From an uncultured Sphingomonadaceae bacterium (GTDB taxonomy: Bacteria > Pseudomonadota > Alphaproteobacteria > Sphingomonadales > Sphingomonadaceae), in assembly GCA_964635065.1 (NCBI GenBank), contig CAZWMK010000002.1:1048-65047 (forward strand): a DNA stretch of 64,000 nt. The letters run 5' to 3'. Below are positions 26,238 through 35,227 of this stretch, piece after piece. The translations under genes were made by a program, and so were the position numbers. Position 1 is the first letter of the stretch. Each line of letters starts with the position of its first letter. The notes under the pieces are model-generated. The model did not search any database. It saw only the letters and a program-made list of their open reading frames with translations, and had not been told where the DNA came from.

Positions 26238-26365
26238 GATATGGCCGCAACCCTTGCAAGGACATTGATTGACAGTCCGCAGGATGATGACAGGCGCCTG
26301 TCACCGGGGTTCTCGCCGGGGTTCTCGCGTGGCATGTCGGCTCCACTGACATATGGCGGGATGCC

Positions 26366-26731
26366 CTATTCCGCGGGCGTGGGTGCTGTCCGCTCGGCAG
26401 CATCCTTGACCGCCTCGCGTGCAGCATTGCCCAGCGCCGCGCCATCAACAGCCCTGTCGATGCCAGCCATCAAGGCCTCCTCGTCGATGACAGCGCCGAC
26501 AATGGCCATTTCCTCGACCGGAAGCGCGTCGCGCAGTGCCTGACTTGCGGCAGCTTGCGCCATGCCCTTGACCGCCTCTTCGTTCACCGCCGAGGTAACA
26601 GCATCGACAAGGCCCTGCCCTTCGATGGCCGCGTCTGCCTTGCTGGTCAGCTCTGAGGCCTGTTCTGCAACATCGCCACATGCAGCAAGTGCGAACGCTG
26701 CGCCCGTCACGAAGATCATCTTTCTCATCAT
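26366..26731 (-). CDS. Hypothetical lipoprotein
   Basis: 'MMRKMIFVTGAAFALAACGD' is a signal peptide plus lipobox. The mature part is Ala/Glu-rich. Confidence 0.5.
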   Translation of the reverse strand: MMRKMIFVTGAAFALAACGDVAEQASELTSKADAAIEGQGLVDAVTSAVNEEAVKGMAQAAASQALRDALPVEEMAIVGAVIDEEALMAGIDRAVDGAALGNAAREAVKDAAERTAPTPAE

Positions 26732-27054
26732 GCCAGCTTTGCCGCTTACCTGCATGCCGGCCCTGATCTGGACACGGGCACGGACGCGCTGCGCCACAAA
26801 GTCAGGCAGATAAATCGGGGGCATCGTTGGTCTCCTCTTCGAACCATCAGGTTACCGGAGGATCCGCCACGCTTTGAAGGGGGTACAAACCGGGCCTTGA
26901 AAGCATCGGATCATCCGATGCGGTCCGACATCACGCGCACTTACACGCGTCAGAGGGGCCCGGTCCGCTCTGGAAAGATGGTGGTGCGTGTGGCGATGTC
27001 AAGCACAGGCAGATGGGAATTCTCTCCCCGGCTGTCACCAGCCATCAGGCGCCC

Positions 27055-27438
27055 TCACCCCGCCATTTGCAGGCCCGTCTCAACTCTGCCTTCAAGCTCA
27101 TGGACTGCATTGCGCCGCCGATGCACCAGCCATGCTTCAAAAGCGGCGGCTGGCATGGGTTCGGCCAGCAGATAGCCCTGAAATTCATGGCACCCCAGCT
27201 TGCGCAGATATGTCACCTGATCCAGGCGCTCCACATCTTCCGCGACAATCTTCTGGCCAAGGCCGGAGGCGACGTTGAAGATGGCAAGCCACATGGCGTC
27301 AGTCCGCCCCGGCGCGCCAATGCTGCTCACCAGCGAGCGGTCGATCTTGAGTGAATCGTGCTGCAGGCGAGCCAACTGCGAAAGGTTGGAATAACCGTTG
27401 CCAAAATCGTCGATCGCACTCCGAACGCCGAGCCGAGG
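27055..27438 (-). pseudogene. C-terminal fragment of an EAL-domain phosphodiesterase
   Basis: 'LGVRSAIDDFGNGYSNLSQLARLQHDSLKIDRSLV', 'IVAEDVERLDQ' and 'GCHEFQGYLLAEPMP'. An in-frame TGA lies immediately upstream (27439-27441). There is no start codon and no N-terminal half. Confidence 0.7.
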
Positions 27439-27519
27439 TCAACCAGGATGCACAAGAAGACAGGTGGCTTTCAAGCCTGCACCGTGGTGAATGAAGTTGC
27501 ATGAAAAAGGAGAGGTCTC

Positions 27520-27891
27520 ATCAAGCGGGAACACGTCGCAGCAACGCCTGGCCAGATCAAGGTCTGGTTTGATGGCGGCTGTCCGCTATGCCGCCGCGAA
27601 ATCATGCTCATGCAGCGGCTCGACCGTGCCGGACGGATCAGATTTATCGACGTCACCAGCCCTGATGCGCCCTGCCCGCTTGATCCCAAGATCATGCTCG
27701 CCCGTTTCCATGCCGAGGAGAACGGGATGATCCTGTCAGGCGCAGCAGCCTTTGCCGCCATGTGGCGGGCAATTCCCCTGCTCCGCCCGCTGGGGCTGGC
27801 CGCCCGGTTGCCGGGGATCACGCATTTGCTGGAATGGGCCTATGCTGGCTTTCTCCGGATCAGGCCGCGTCTGCAGGAGCGTTTGCGTTGA
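27520..27891 (+). CDS. DCC-family thiol-disulfide oxidoreductase (DUF393); start codon problematic
   Basis: 'KVWFDGGCPLCRREIMLMQRLDRAGRIRFIDV' and 'LLRPLG' resemble DCC-family features from memory. The CPLC motif (27580-27591) lies upstream of the first ATG (27604). See the finding on the A5 run and ATC start. Confidence 0.7.
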   Translation: MKREHVAATPGQIKVWFDGGCPLCRREIMLMQRLDRAGRIRFIDVTSPDAPCPLDPKIMLARFHAEENGMILSGAAAFAAMWRAIPLLRPLGLAARLPGITHLLEWAYAGFLRIRPRLQERLR

Positions 27892-29207
27892 GCGACGCAC
27901 GCTATCGCAAGGTGCCTTCGGCCCGGCTTTCGCGTCTGGCGTCATTTGGCCAGCTGGCGGGCGGCATTGCAGGCGGCATGATCGCCGAAGGCGCGCGCCG
28001 GCTGGCAAGCGGGGAGCGACCACGCATGGCCGATCTGCTGCTGACGCCCGGCAATGCGCTTCGCCTCACCGAGCAGCTCTCGCGCCTGCGCGGCGCAGCG
28101 ATGAAACTCGGGCAGATGATCTCGCTCGATGCCGGCGATCTCCTGCCTGCCGAACTGACAGCCATCATGGCCCGGCTGCGCGATGCGGCCCATTTCATGC
28201 CACCGGCCCAGCTCAACCGGGTCCTGTCGGCTGAATGGGGGCGCGACTGGCGGCGGCGCTTCTCCCATTTCGACGCGACACCGATTGCAGCGGCATCAAT
28301 CGGACAGGTCCACCGCGCCACCCTGCCCGATGGCCGCATGCTGGCCATCAAGGTGCAATATCCCGGCGTTGCCGCCAGCATCGATGCCGATGTGGATAAT
28401 GTCGACACCCTGCTGCGCCTTTCGGGCCTGCTGCCAGCCACCCTCGACATCGCCCCGTTGCTGGCCGAAGCAAAGCAGCAATTGCGCGAGGAAGCCGACT
28501 ATCGGCGGGAAGCCGGGCAGATGCGCCGCTATCATGCCCTTCTGGCAGGAGATCCGGCATTCGTCATGCCCCAGCCTGTCGACGAACTTTCGGGCGAACG
28601 GGTGCTGGCGATGGATTTCATCGCTGGCAGCCCGATCGAAACATTGATGCAGGCGCCCCGCGAAACCCGCGATACGGTTATGAAAGCCCTGTTTGGACTG
28701 GTCCTGCGCGAACTGTTCGAATTCGGCCATATGCAGACCGATCCCAATTTCGCCAACTTCCGCTGGCAGGCCGATACAGGCCGCATCGTCCTGCTCGACT
28801 TCGGAGCGACCCGCGCGATTCCACAAGCGACGGCCGATGCCTATCGCAATCTGATGCGGGCGGGTCTGGCTGAAGACCATCAGGCCCTCCGTGCTGCCCT
28901 GTTGGCCGTCGGCTTTGTCACGCCCGGCATTTTGCAGCGTCACGGCCGGGCGATAGACGACATGATCGCGGTGCTCCTGCGTCATCTCGGCAAGCCGGGG
29001 GCATTTGATTTTGCCGATCGCAGCTTTGTCGATCGCATACGCGGCCAGGCACAGCATATCGCCGCCGACCGCGCCGCCTGGCATGTTCCACCGGCCAACA
29101 CCCTTTTCGTTCAGCGCAAGATCAGCGGCACAGCCATGCTCGCTGTGCGCATGGAGGCACGGCTCCCACTGCGCGACATGGTGTCTGCCTTCATGGCACA
29201 ATCCTGA
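27888..29207 (+). CDS. ABC1/UbiB-family atypical protein kinase
   Basis: 'LRGAAMKLGQMISL', 'FDATPIAAASIGQVHRATLPDGRMLAIKVQYPGV' and 'HMQTDPNFANF'. The TTG start overlaps the DCC stop (TTGA). The start is uncertain. Confidence 0.85.
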   Translation: MSDARYRKVPSARLSRLASFGQLAGGIAGGMIAEGARRLASGERPRMADLLLTPGNALRLTEQLSRLRGAAMKLGQMISLDAGDLLPAELTAIMARLRDAAHFMPPAQLNRVLSAEWGRDWRRRFSHFDATPIAAASIGQVHRATLPDGRMLAIKVQYPGVAASIDADVDNVDTLLRLSGLLPATLDIAPLLAEAKQQLREEADYRREAGQMRRYHALLAGDPAFVMPQPVDELSGERVLAMDFIAGSPIETLMQAPRETRDTVMKALFGLVLRELFEFGHMQTDPNFANFRWQADTGRIVLLDFGATRAIPQATADAYRNLMRAGLAEDHQALRAALLAVGFVTPGILQRHGRAIDDMIAVLLRHLGKPGAFDFADRSFVDRIRGQAQHIAADRAAWHVPPANTLFVQRKISGTAMLAVRMEARLPLRDMVSAFMAQS

Positions 29208-29390
29208 ACGGGCTGCGCCAACATCGCACGCGCCGCGTCCTTGTCCTGTCCGCGCGACGGTATCGATAGCGGCTTGCCTGCCCCTCAGACGTGGCTAAAC
29301 TCTCCGCAGAGGCTGGATTGACTCGATCATTTTGCATTTTTATACAACAGATGAACAATAAACATTCAGTCCATTTGGGGAGATTCTGGC

Positions 29391-30182
29391 ATGGATAAGG
29401 TTCTCGACGGCAAGGTTGCGCTCGTCACGGGCGCGGGCCGCGGCATTGGCCGTGCGATGGCGCTGGCTTATGGCGCAGCGGGTGCCAAGGTGGTGGTGGT
29501 ATCGCGCACGCCCGCCACGGTGGACGCCGTCGCGCAGGAAATCCGCGATGCCGGTGGTGAAGCGATTGGCGTTGCCTGCGATGTCGGACACCGCGACGAA
29601 GTGTTCGCCGCCGTGCAGAAGGCTGTCGACACCTTTGGCGGGCTGCACATCGTCGTCAACAACGCGCAGGGCTTCGGCACCGAAGCCGATCCCCAGCCGT
29701 CGACCGTGTTCGTCGCCTGCGAGGATACCAACGAAGAAGAATGGGAATACACCTTCCGCACCGGTGCGACCGCATCGCTGTGGTTCATGAAGGCCGCCTT
29801 CCCGCACATGAAAAAGGCCGGTTACGGCCGCATCATCAACTTCGCCTCGTCATCGGGCCAGATCGGCTTTGAAGGCAACACCTGCTACAACGCCACCAAG
29901 GAAGCGATCCGCGCGCTGAGCCGGACCGCCGCCCGCGAGTGGGGCCAGTATGGCATTACGGTCAACATCATCAATCCGGCGATCGAAACGCGTGCGTTCG
30001 ATGCGTGGAAATCGGCGCGTCCCGAATTCGTCGAAGCCTTGAAGCAGAAGATTCCGATGCGCCGCCTTGGCGAGCCGGAGCGCGATGCAGGGCCGCTCGC
30101 CGTGTTTCTCGCCTCGCCGGGTGCCAGCTACATCACCGGCCAGACGGTGATGCTTGAAGGCGGCATGCACACGCTGCCCTGA
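29391..30182 (+). CDS. SDR-family oxidoreductase
   Basis: 'ALVTGAGRGIGRAMALAYGAAGAKVVVVSR', 'NNAQG' and 'YNATKEA'. Confidence 0.9.
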   Translation: MDKVLDGKVALVTGAGRGIGRAMALAYGAAGAKVVVVSRTPATVDAVAQEIRDAGGEAIGVACDVGHRDEVFAAVQKAVDTFGGLHIVVNNAQGFGTEADPQPSTVFVACEDTNEEEWEYTFRTGATASLWFMKAAFPHMKKAGYGRIINFASSSGQIGFEGNTCYNATKEAIRALSRTAAREWGQYGITVNIINPAIETRAFDAWKSARPEFVEALKQKIPMRRLGEPERDAGPLAVFLASPGASYITGQTVMLEGGMHTLP

Positions 30183-30253
30183 CAAACTGACACAATCATG
30201 CGGCGCCCCCAACGGGCGCCGCCTCTCTTTCACGCCTTGGGGAAGGACGGATC

Positions 30254-31012
30254 ATGGGTTTGCTTGATGGCAAGGTGGCAATCGTCACCGGTGGTGGCAG
30301 CGGCATCGGACAGGCGGTGGCTGTCGGTTTCGCGCGCGAGGGCGCGAAAGTCGTCATCTGCGGCCGGCGCGAGGATGCAGGCGCCGAAACGGTCGCCATG
30401 ATCAACAAGCTGGGCGGCGATTGCCTGTTCGTCAAAACCGATGTTTCGAAGGCCAGCGAAGTCGAGGCGCTCGTCGCCCGCACCGTCGACCGTTACGGCA
30501 AGCTCGATGCCGCGTTCAACAATGCGGGCGCCTTCTTTGGCGCAGGCTTTCTGGCCGACCTGTCGGAAGAGGATTTCGAACTCAGCTGCAACGCCAATAT
30601 CCGCAGCACCTTCCTGTGCCTGAAATACCAGATCGCGCAGATGATGAAGCAGGGCCATGGCGGCTCGATCATCAACAACGCCTCCGCACAAAGCCACATC
30701 GCGCTCGGCTATTCAGCGCATTATACGGCGGCGAAGCACGCCATCCTTGGCTACACGCGCGCCGCCGCCGTCGATTACGCCCGGCACAACATCCGCGTGA
30801 ACTGCATTTCGCCGGGCGTCGTGCTGACGCCGATGATGGCGGGCTTCGACCCCGCCGCGCCCGAAACACAGAACATCATGAACGCCATTCCGGCGGGCCG
30901 CGTCGCCACGCCCGATGAAATGGCCGGCACCGTCGTCTTCATGGCGTCCGACATGTCGCCCTACATGCATGGCGCCGCAATCTCCGTCGACGGCGGATGG
31001 GTCGCGCACTAG
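30254..31012 (+). CDS. SDR-family oxidoreductase (glucose-1-dehydrogenase-like)
   Basis: 'AIVTGGGSGIGQAVAVGFAREGAKVVICGR', 'NNAG', 'YTAAKHAI' and 'NCISPGVVLTPM'. Confidence 0.9.
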   Translation: MGLLDGKVAIVTGGGSGIGQAVAVGFAREGAKVVICGRREDAGAETVAMINKLGGDCLFVKTDVSKASEVEALVARTVDRYGKLDAAFNNAGAFFGAGFLADLSEEDFELSCNANIRSTFLCLKYQIAQMMKQGHGGSIINNASAQSHIALGYSAHYTAAKHAILGYTRAAAVDYARHNIRVNCISPGVVLTPMMAGFDPAAPETQNIMNAIPAGRVATPDEMAGTVVFMASDMSPYMHGAAISVDGGWVAH

Positions 31013-31039
31013 GCCACACACGCCACAGGAGAGGCCGAT

Positions 31040-31735
31040 ATGGCGAACATCCTCATCACGGGCGCGGCGCGCGGGCTGGGTTATGAACTCGCCCGCCAGT
31101 TCGCCGCCGCAGGTCACCGCGTCTTTGCCACCTGTCGCAATCCGGCGGGTGCCGCGCGCCTTCAGGCCGCCGCCGCTGCATCGGACGGTCTACTCACCGT
31201 TCACGCGATGGACGTCGGCGACATGGCCTCGGTCAAGGCCTGCGCCGAGGAACTGCACGACCTGCCGGTCGACATCCTGATCAACAATGCCGGCGTCTGG
31301 GGCGGCCTCGACACGCAAGTGCTGGCCAACATGGACTATGACAACTGGGCGCATGAACTGAACATCATGCTGATGGGGCCGTTCCGTGTGGTGCAGAATT
31401 TCCTGCCCCATATCCGGCGTGGCACAGACAAAAAGATCGTCTCGATCACCAGCCAGACCGCCGCGCACAGCTACGATCATGCCGTCGGCTATTCCTATGC
31501 CAGCGCCAAGGCCGGACTGAACCGCCTGATGACCGCGCTGGCCGAAGAACTGAAACCCGAAGGGATCATCGTCGCCCTTCTCCATCCCGGCTGGATCAGG
31601 ACCGAAATGGCCGGTCCCGGCGCCGATCTCGAACCGGCGGATGCAGCGGCTGACAATGTCCGCGTCATTTCAGGGCTGACGCTGGCCGACAGTGGCAAGT
31701 TCCTTAAATGGACCGGTGACGTTCATCCGTGGTGA
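31040..31735 (+). CDS. SDR-family oxidoreductase (CsgA/C-factor-like short form)
   Basis: 'ILITGAARGLGYELARQFAAAGHRVFATCR', 'NNAGV', 'YASAKAGLN' and 'LHPGWIRTEM'. Confidence 0.85.
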   Translation: MANILITGAARGLGYELARQFAAAGHRVFATCRNPAGAARLQAAAAASDGLLTVHAMDVGDMASVKACAEELHDLPVDILINNAGVWGGLDTQVLANMDYDNWAHELNIMLMGPFRVVQNFLPHIRRGTDKKIVSITSQTAAHSYDHAVGYSYASAKAGLNRLMTALAEELKPEGIIVALLHPGWIRTEMAGPGADLEPADAAADNVRVISGLTLADSGKFLKWTGDVHPW

Positions 31736-31800
31736 ACGGGGTTTTGTCCTGTCCGGACAATCCGCTTTATTCGCGGGCAGCGATTGCCTAAGGACAGGCC

Positions 31801-32394
31801 ATGCCATTGATTGTCGATCACGACGAACGGCGCGCGCTCATCGCCAATGTCGTCAAGGAAATGATTGCTGAATCCGGTCTGGAATCAGTGACGGTGCGCG
31901 CCGTTGCCCGCAAGGCGGGTTTCAGCTCGACCATCCTGTCGCATTATTTCCGCGACAAGCAGCATCTGCTGATTTCCGCCTTCGCCTCTGTCCTCAGAGA
32001 GTCTCCAGTGCGGGTGCATGCCGCAATGGCGGCGGGTGGCAGCCTGATCGATTGTCTCGATGTCTTGCTTCCGAACACTGCCGCCAATCTGCGCGACTGG
32101 CAGGCCTGGTTCGGTTTCTGGGGCAAGGTCACGCATGATCCCGAACTCGCCGCCGAACGGCTGGCGGGTGTCGAGGAAACGCAAAAGACGCTGGCTGAAA
32201 TCCTGCGTTACGGCATTGATCGCGGCGAACTGCCCGATGATCTCGACCTGACCTTCCACTGCAACCGCATCCAGATCTTTCTGAACGGGCTGGTCAGCAT
32301 GGTCATCATGAAGCCTGAAGCCTGGCCACCAAGTGCCCAGCGCGAGGCGCTGGAATGGCAGATCAGGCTGATGCGGATGCACCCCAAAGGCTGA
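31801..32394 (+). CDS. TetR-family transcriptional regulator
   Basis: N-terminal HTH 'GLESVTVRAVARKAGFSSTILSHYFRDKQHLL'. Confidence 0.85.
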   Translation: MPLIVDHDERRALIANVVKEMIAESGLESVTVRAVARKAGFSSTILSHYFRDKQHLLISAFASVLRESPVRVHAAMAAGGSLIDCLDVLLPNTAANLRDWQAWFGFWGKVTHDPELAAERLAGVEETQKTLAEILRYGIDRGELPDDLDLTFHCNRIQIFLNGLVSMVIMKPEAWPPSAQREALEWQIRLMRMHPKG

Positions 32395-32533
32395 ACTTTC
32401 CGTCCCTGCCATTCCCGACCGTTCCCGTCACGCTGCCTGCCGACGCAGGCGGCGCGCCCTCGCATGTGGGCTTTTTATTTTAGACATGCGAACAATAAAA
32501 TGTTACCCCTGCATGTAATTGGGGAGAGCAAAA

Positions 32534-33766
32534 ATGCCGACAAATACTGACAATATCGAGCGAATCATCGATTGGGAAAAGGCGCGCACCGCGCCGCCCA
32601 GCGACTATCCCGCATTGCCGGAAATTCCGGGTGGCCGCTACATCCGCCAGGATTTCTACGATCTGGAACAGGAATATGTCTGGAAGGGCGCGTGGGTCTG
32701 CGCCGGCCGCGACGAAGACCTGAAGACGCCCGGCAACTATCGCCAGTTCACCAAGCTCGGCAAGCCGATCCTGCTTGTCCGCGGCAAGGACGATGTGTTG
32801 CGCGCCTTCTACAACACCTGCCGCCATCGCGGCGCGCCGGTCGTGCGCGACGAAAGCGGCCAGACCGGGCTGTTGCGCTGCCAGTATCACAGCTGGTCCT
32901 ATGGCCTTGACGGCCATCTGATCGGCGTGCCCGACGAGCGCGACTTTGCCTGCCTGAACAAGGCCGAACGCGGCCTCATCGAACTGCGCTGCGAAACATG
33001 GAACGGCCTGGTCTTTGTCAATCAGGACATGAACGCCATGCCGCTCACCGAATATCTCGGCGGACTGGTCGGCGAACTCGCCTGCGTCGGCATGGACAAG
33101 CTGCGCGTCGTCCATGAGCAAAGCTATATCGTCGACTGCAACTGGAAGGCGCTCGCCGACGCATTCCTCGAAGTCTATCATGTCAACACCATCCACCCGA
33201 CGAATGCGGGCATCATGCTCGACAGCCGGGCGGCGGCGATGGGGCTGATGCGCCATGGCCATTCGCGGATGGCAACGCGCAAGAACATGAATCAGGGCCT
33301 GAACTTCGTCGAATATGAAGGCGCACCCGACATCGCGTCGATGCCTGATTTCTATCGCCGCAACAACGTCGCCTACAGTATCTTCCCGAACTTCATCTCG
33401 CCGGTCGAACCGACGGGCTTTCCGATCCTGCTCTTCTGGCCGCGCGGCCTGCGCCAGTCGGAAATGCAGGCGATCTACATCGCGCCCGACTGGGGCGACG
33501 GCCCGCGCCCGGCCTTCTGGGACCGCTTCCTGCCGATCTTCGATCAGGTGCTGCAAGAAGACACGATGAATCTCGAGCCCATACAGGCCTCGCTCGATTC
33601 CGGCGCGTTTACCGGCATGATGATCAACTATCAGGAACGCCGCATCTACTGGCTGCATGAAGAAATCGACCGCCGCATCGGCGCCGAAAACATCCCCGAA
33701 GGTCTCGCAGTCGCGCAGGTCCTGTCGGACCATATCGAAACGCCCCTCGAACAAGCCGCCGAATAA
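32534..33766 (+). CDS. Rieske [2Fe-2S] non-haem-iron oxygenase, alpha subunit
   Basis: Rieske motif 'CRHRG..(17)..CQYHSWSY'. The catalytic-domain His pair is probably within 'FLEVYHVNTIHP' (motif assignment from memory, not aligned). GGGGAG SD. Confidence 0.9.
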   Translation: MPTNTDNIERIIDWEKARTAPPSDYPALPEIPGGRYIRQDFYDLEQEYVWKGAWVCAGRDEDLKTPGNYRQFTKLGKPILLVRGKDDVLRAFYNTCRHRGAPVVRDESGQTGLLRCQYHSWSYGLDGHLIGVPDERDFACLNKAERGLIELRCETWNGLVFVNQDMNAMPLTEYLGGLVGELACVGMDKLRVVHEQSYIVDCNWKALADAFLEVYHVNTIHPTNAGIMLDSRAAAMGLMRHGHSRMATRKNMNQGLNFVEYEGAPDIASMPDFYRRNNVAYSIFPNFISPVEPTGFPILLFWPRGLRQSEMQAIYIAPDWGDGPRPAFWDRFLPIFDQVLQEDTMNLEPIQASLDSGAFTGMMINYQERRIYWLHEEIDRRIGAENIPEGLAVAQVLSDHIETPLEQAAE

Positions 33767-33840
33767 CGGCGCACCGGGTAGCAGCACGAAAAAGCGTGAG
33801 GGGCATTGATGCCCCCTCACCGACAGGGGAGGTTTCATCC

Positions 33841-35211
33841 ATGGAAAACATACCGCTTGGCACCGCGCGCAGTACGGGCGACAGCTGGGAAGACATTCTC
33901 GAAACCAGCCTGACGCCGGTGCCAGCGCATCTGCGCGAAGACCATTATGAATATCGCGGCTCCGACGCCATTCCGGCCGAGCGCTACACCTCGCCCGAAT
34001 ATTTCCGTCTCGAGCGCGAAAAAATGTGGCCCAACGTCTGGCAGTTCGCCGCACGCGAGGAAGAACTGCCGCAGCCGGGCGACTATGTGCTCTACGAAAA
34101 TGTCGGCCGTTCCTATCTCGTCGTACGGCAGGACGATGGCACCATCCGCGCCTTCCACAATGTCTGCCTGCATCGCGGTCGCAAGCTCCGCACCGAAAGC
34201 GGCAGCGCCGACCAGTTCCAGTGCCCGTTCCACGGCTTTACATGGCACAAGGACGGCAGCCTCGCGCAAATCCCCTGCCGCTGGGATTTCGGCCATCTGA
34301 CCGACGAGAAGATGCAGTTGCCCGAAGCCAAGGTCGCGGTGTGGCAGGGCTTCGTCTTCATCCGCGAAAATGACGAAGGGCCGTCGATCGAGGACTATCT
34401 CGCGCCAATGCCCGAACATTTTGCCCAGTGGCGCAATGAGGAGTGCACGACCGCCATGTGGGTCGGCAAGGTCGTCAACGCCAACTGGAAGGTGGTGATG
34501 GAAGCCTTCATGGAAGCGTGGCACTCGGTCGTGACCCACCCGCAGTTCCTCGGTTTCCTCGGCGATGCCAACACGCGCTACGACATCTACGGCGACCATG
34601 TGAACCGCGCGCTCACGCCATCGGGTGTGCTGTCGCCGCATCTTTACAACACCGGCAAGACCGAACAGTGGATCGTCGACGAATTCCTGAAGGGCAATGG
34701 CCGCAACAATGCCGATGGCGCGGTCGTCGTCCCCGAGGGCTGGACGGCGCGCCAGACGCTGGGCGACTATTTCCGCAAGGAATTCGGCGCGGCGGCCAAT
34801 CGGGATTATTCGAACGTCAGCGACGGCGAAGTGATCGACTCGCTCGTCTACAATGTCTTTCCGAACTTCTCGCCCTGGGGCGGTTTCCTGCCGACCATCG
34901 TCTATCGCTGGCGCCCCTGGCCCGATCAGGACCGCACGCTGATGGAGGTGCGCCTGCTCACGCGTGTGCCGAAGGGCGAACCGCACCCGCCCTGCCCAGC
35001 CATGCACATGCTGGGCGAGGATGAGCCATGGGCATCGTTCACGGGCTGGGGCGTACTCGGATCAGTGTTCGATCAGGACATGGAAAACCTGCCCTATGTG
35101 CAGGACGGGCTGAAATGCTCGGCCAACAACCGCGTCGAACTGGGCAATTATCAGGAAATCCGCATCCGCCAGTTCCAGCAGACGCTCGACAAATATCTTG
35201 CCCGTTTCTGA
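33841..35211 (+). CDS. Rieske [2Fe-2S] non-haem-iron oxygenase, alpha subunit (second, divergent copy)
   Basis: 'CLHRG..(16)..CPFHGFTW' and 'FMEAWHSVVTHP'. GGGGAGG SD. Confidence 0.9.
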   Translation: MENIPLGTARSTGDSWEDILETSLTPVPAHLREDHYEYRGSDAIPAERYTSPEYFRLEREKMWPNVWQFAAREEELPQPGDYVLYENVGRSYLVVRQDDGTIRAFHNVCLHRGRKLRTESGSADQFQCPFHGFTWHKDGSLAQIPCRWDFGHLTDEKMQLPEAKVAVWQGFVFIRENDEGPSIEDYLAPMPEHFAQWRNEECTTAMWVGKVVNANWKVVMEAFMEAWHSVVTHPQFLGFLGDANTRYDIYGDHVNRALTPSGVLSPHLYNTGKTEQWIVDEFLKGNGRNNADGAVVVPEGWTARQTLGDYFRKEFGAAANRDYSNVSDGEVIDSLVYNVFPNFSPWGGFLPTIVYRWRPWPDQDRTLMEVRLLTRVPKGEPHPPCPAMHMLGEDEPWASFTGWGVLGSVFDQDMENLPYVQDGLKCSANNRVELGNYQEIRIRQFQQTLDKYLARF

Positions 35212-35227
35212 TTCAGCTAAAGGTTCC

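Noticed and set aside
26304-26327. Perfect 12-bp tandem duplication CCGGGGTTCTCG x2 in the antiporter/lipoprotein intergenic region
   Set aside because: There are only two copies and no further array or spacer structure. It is most simply a replication-slippage duplication, with no evidence of function.
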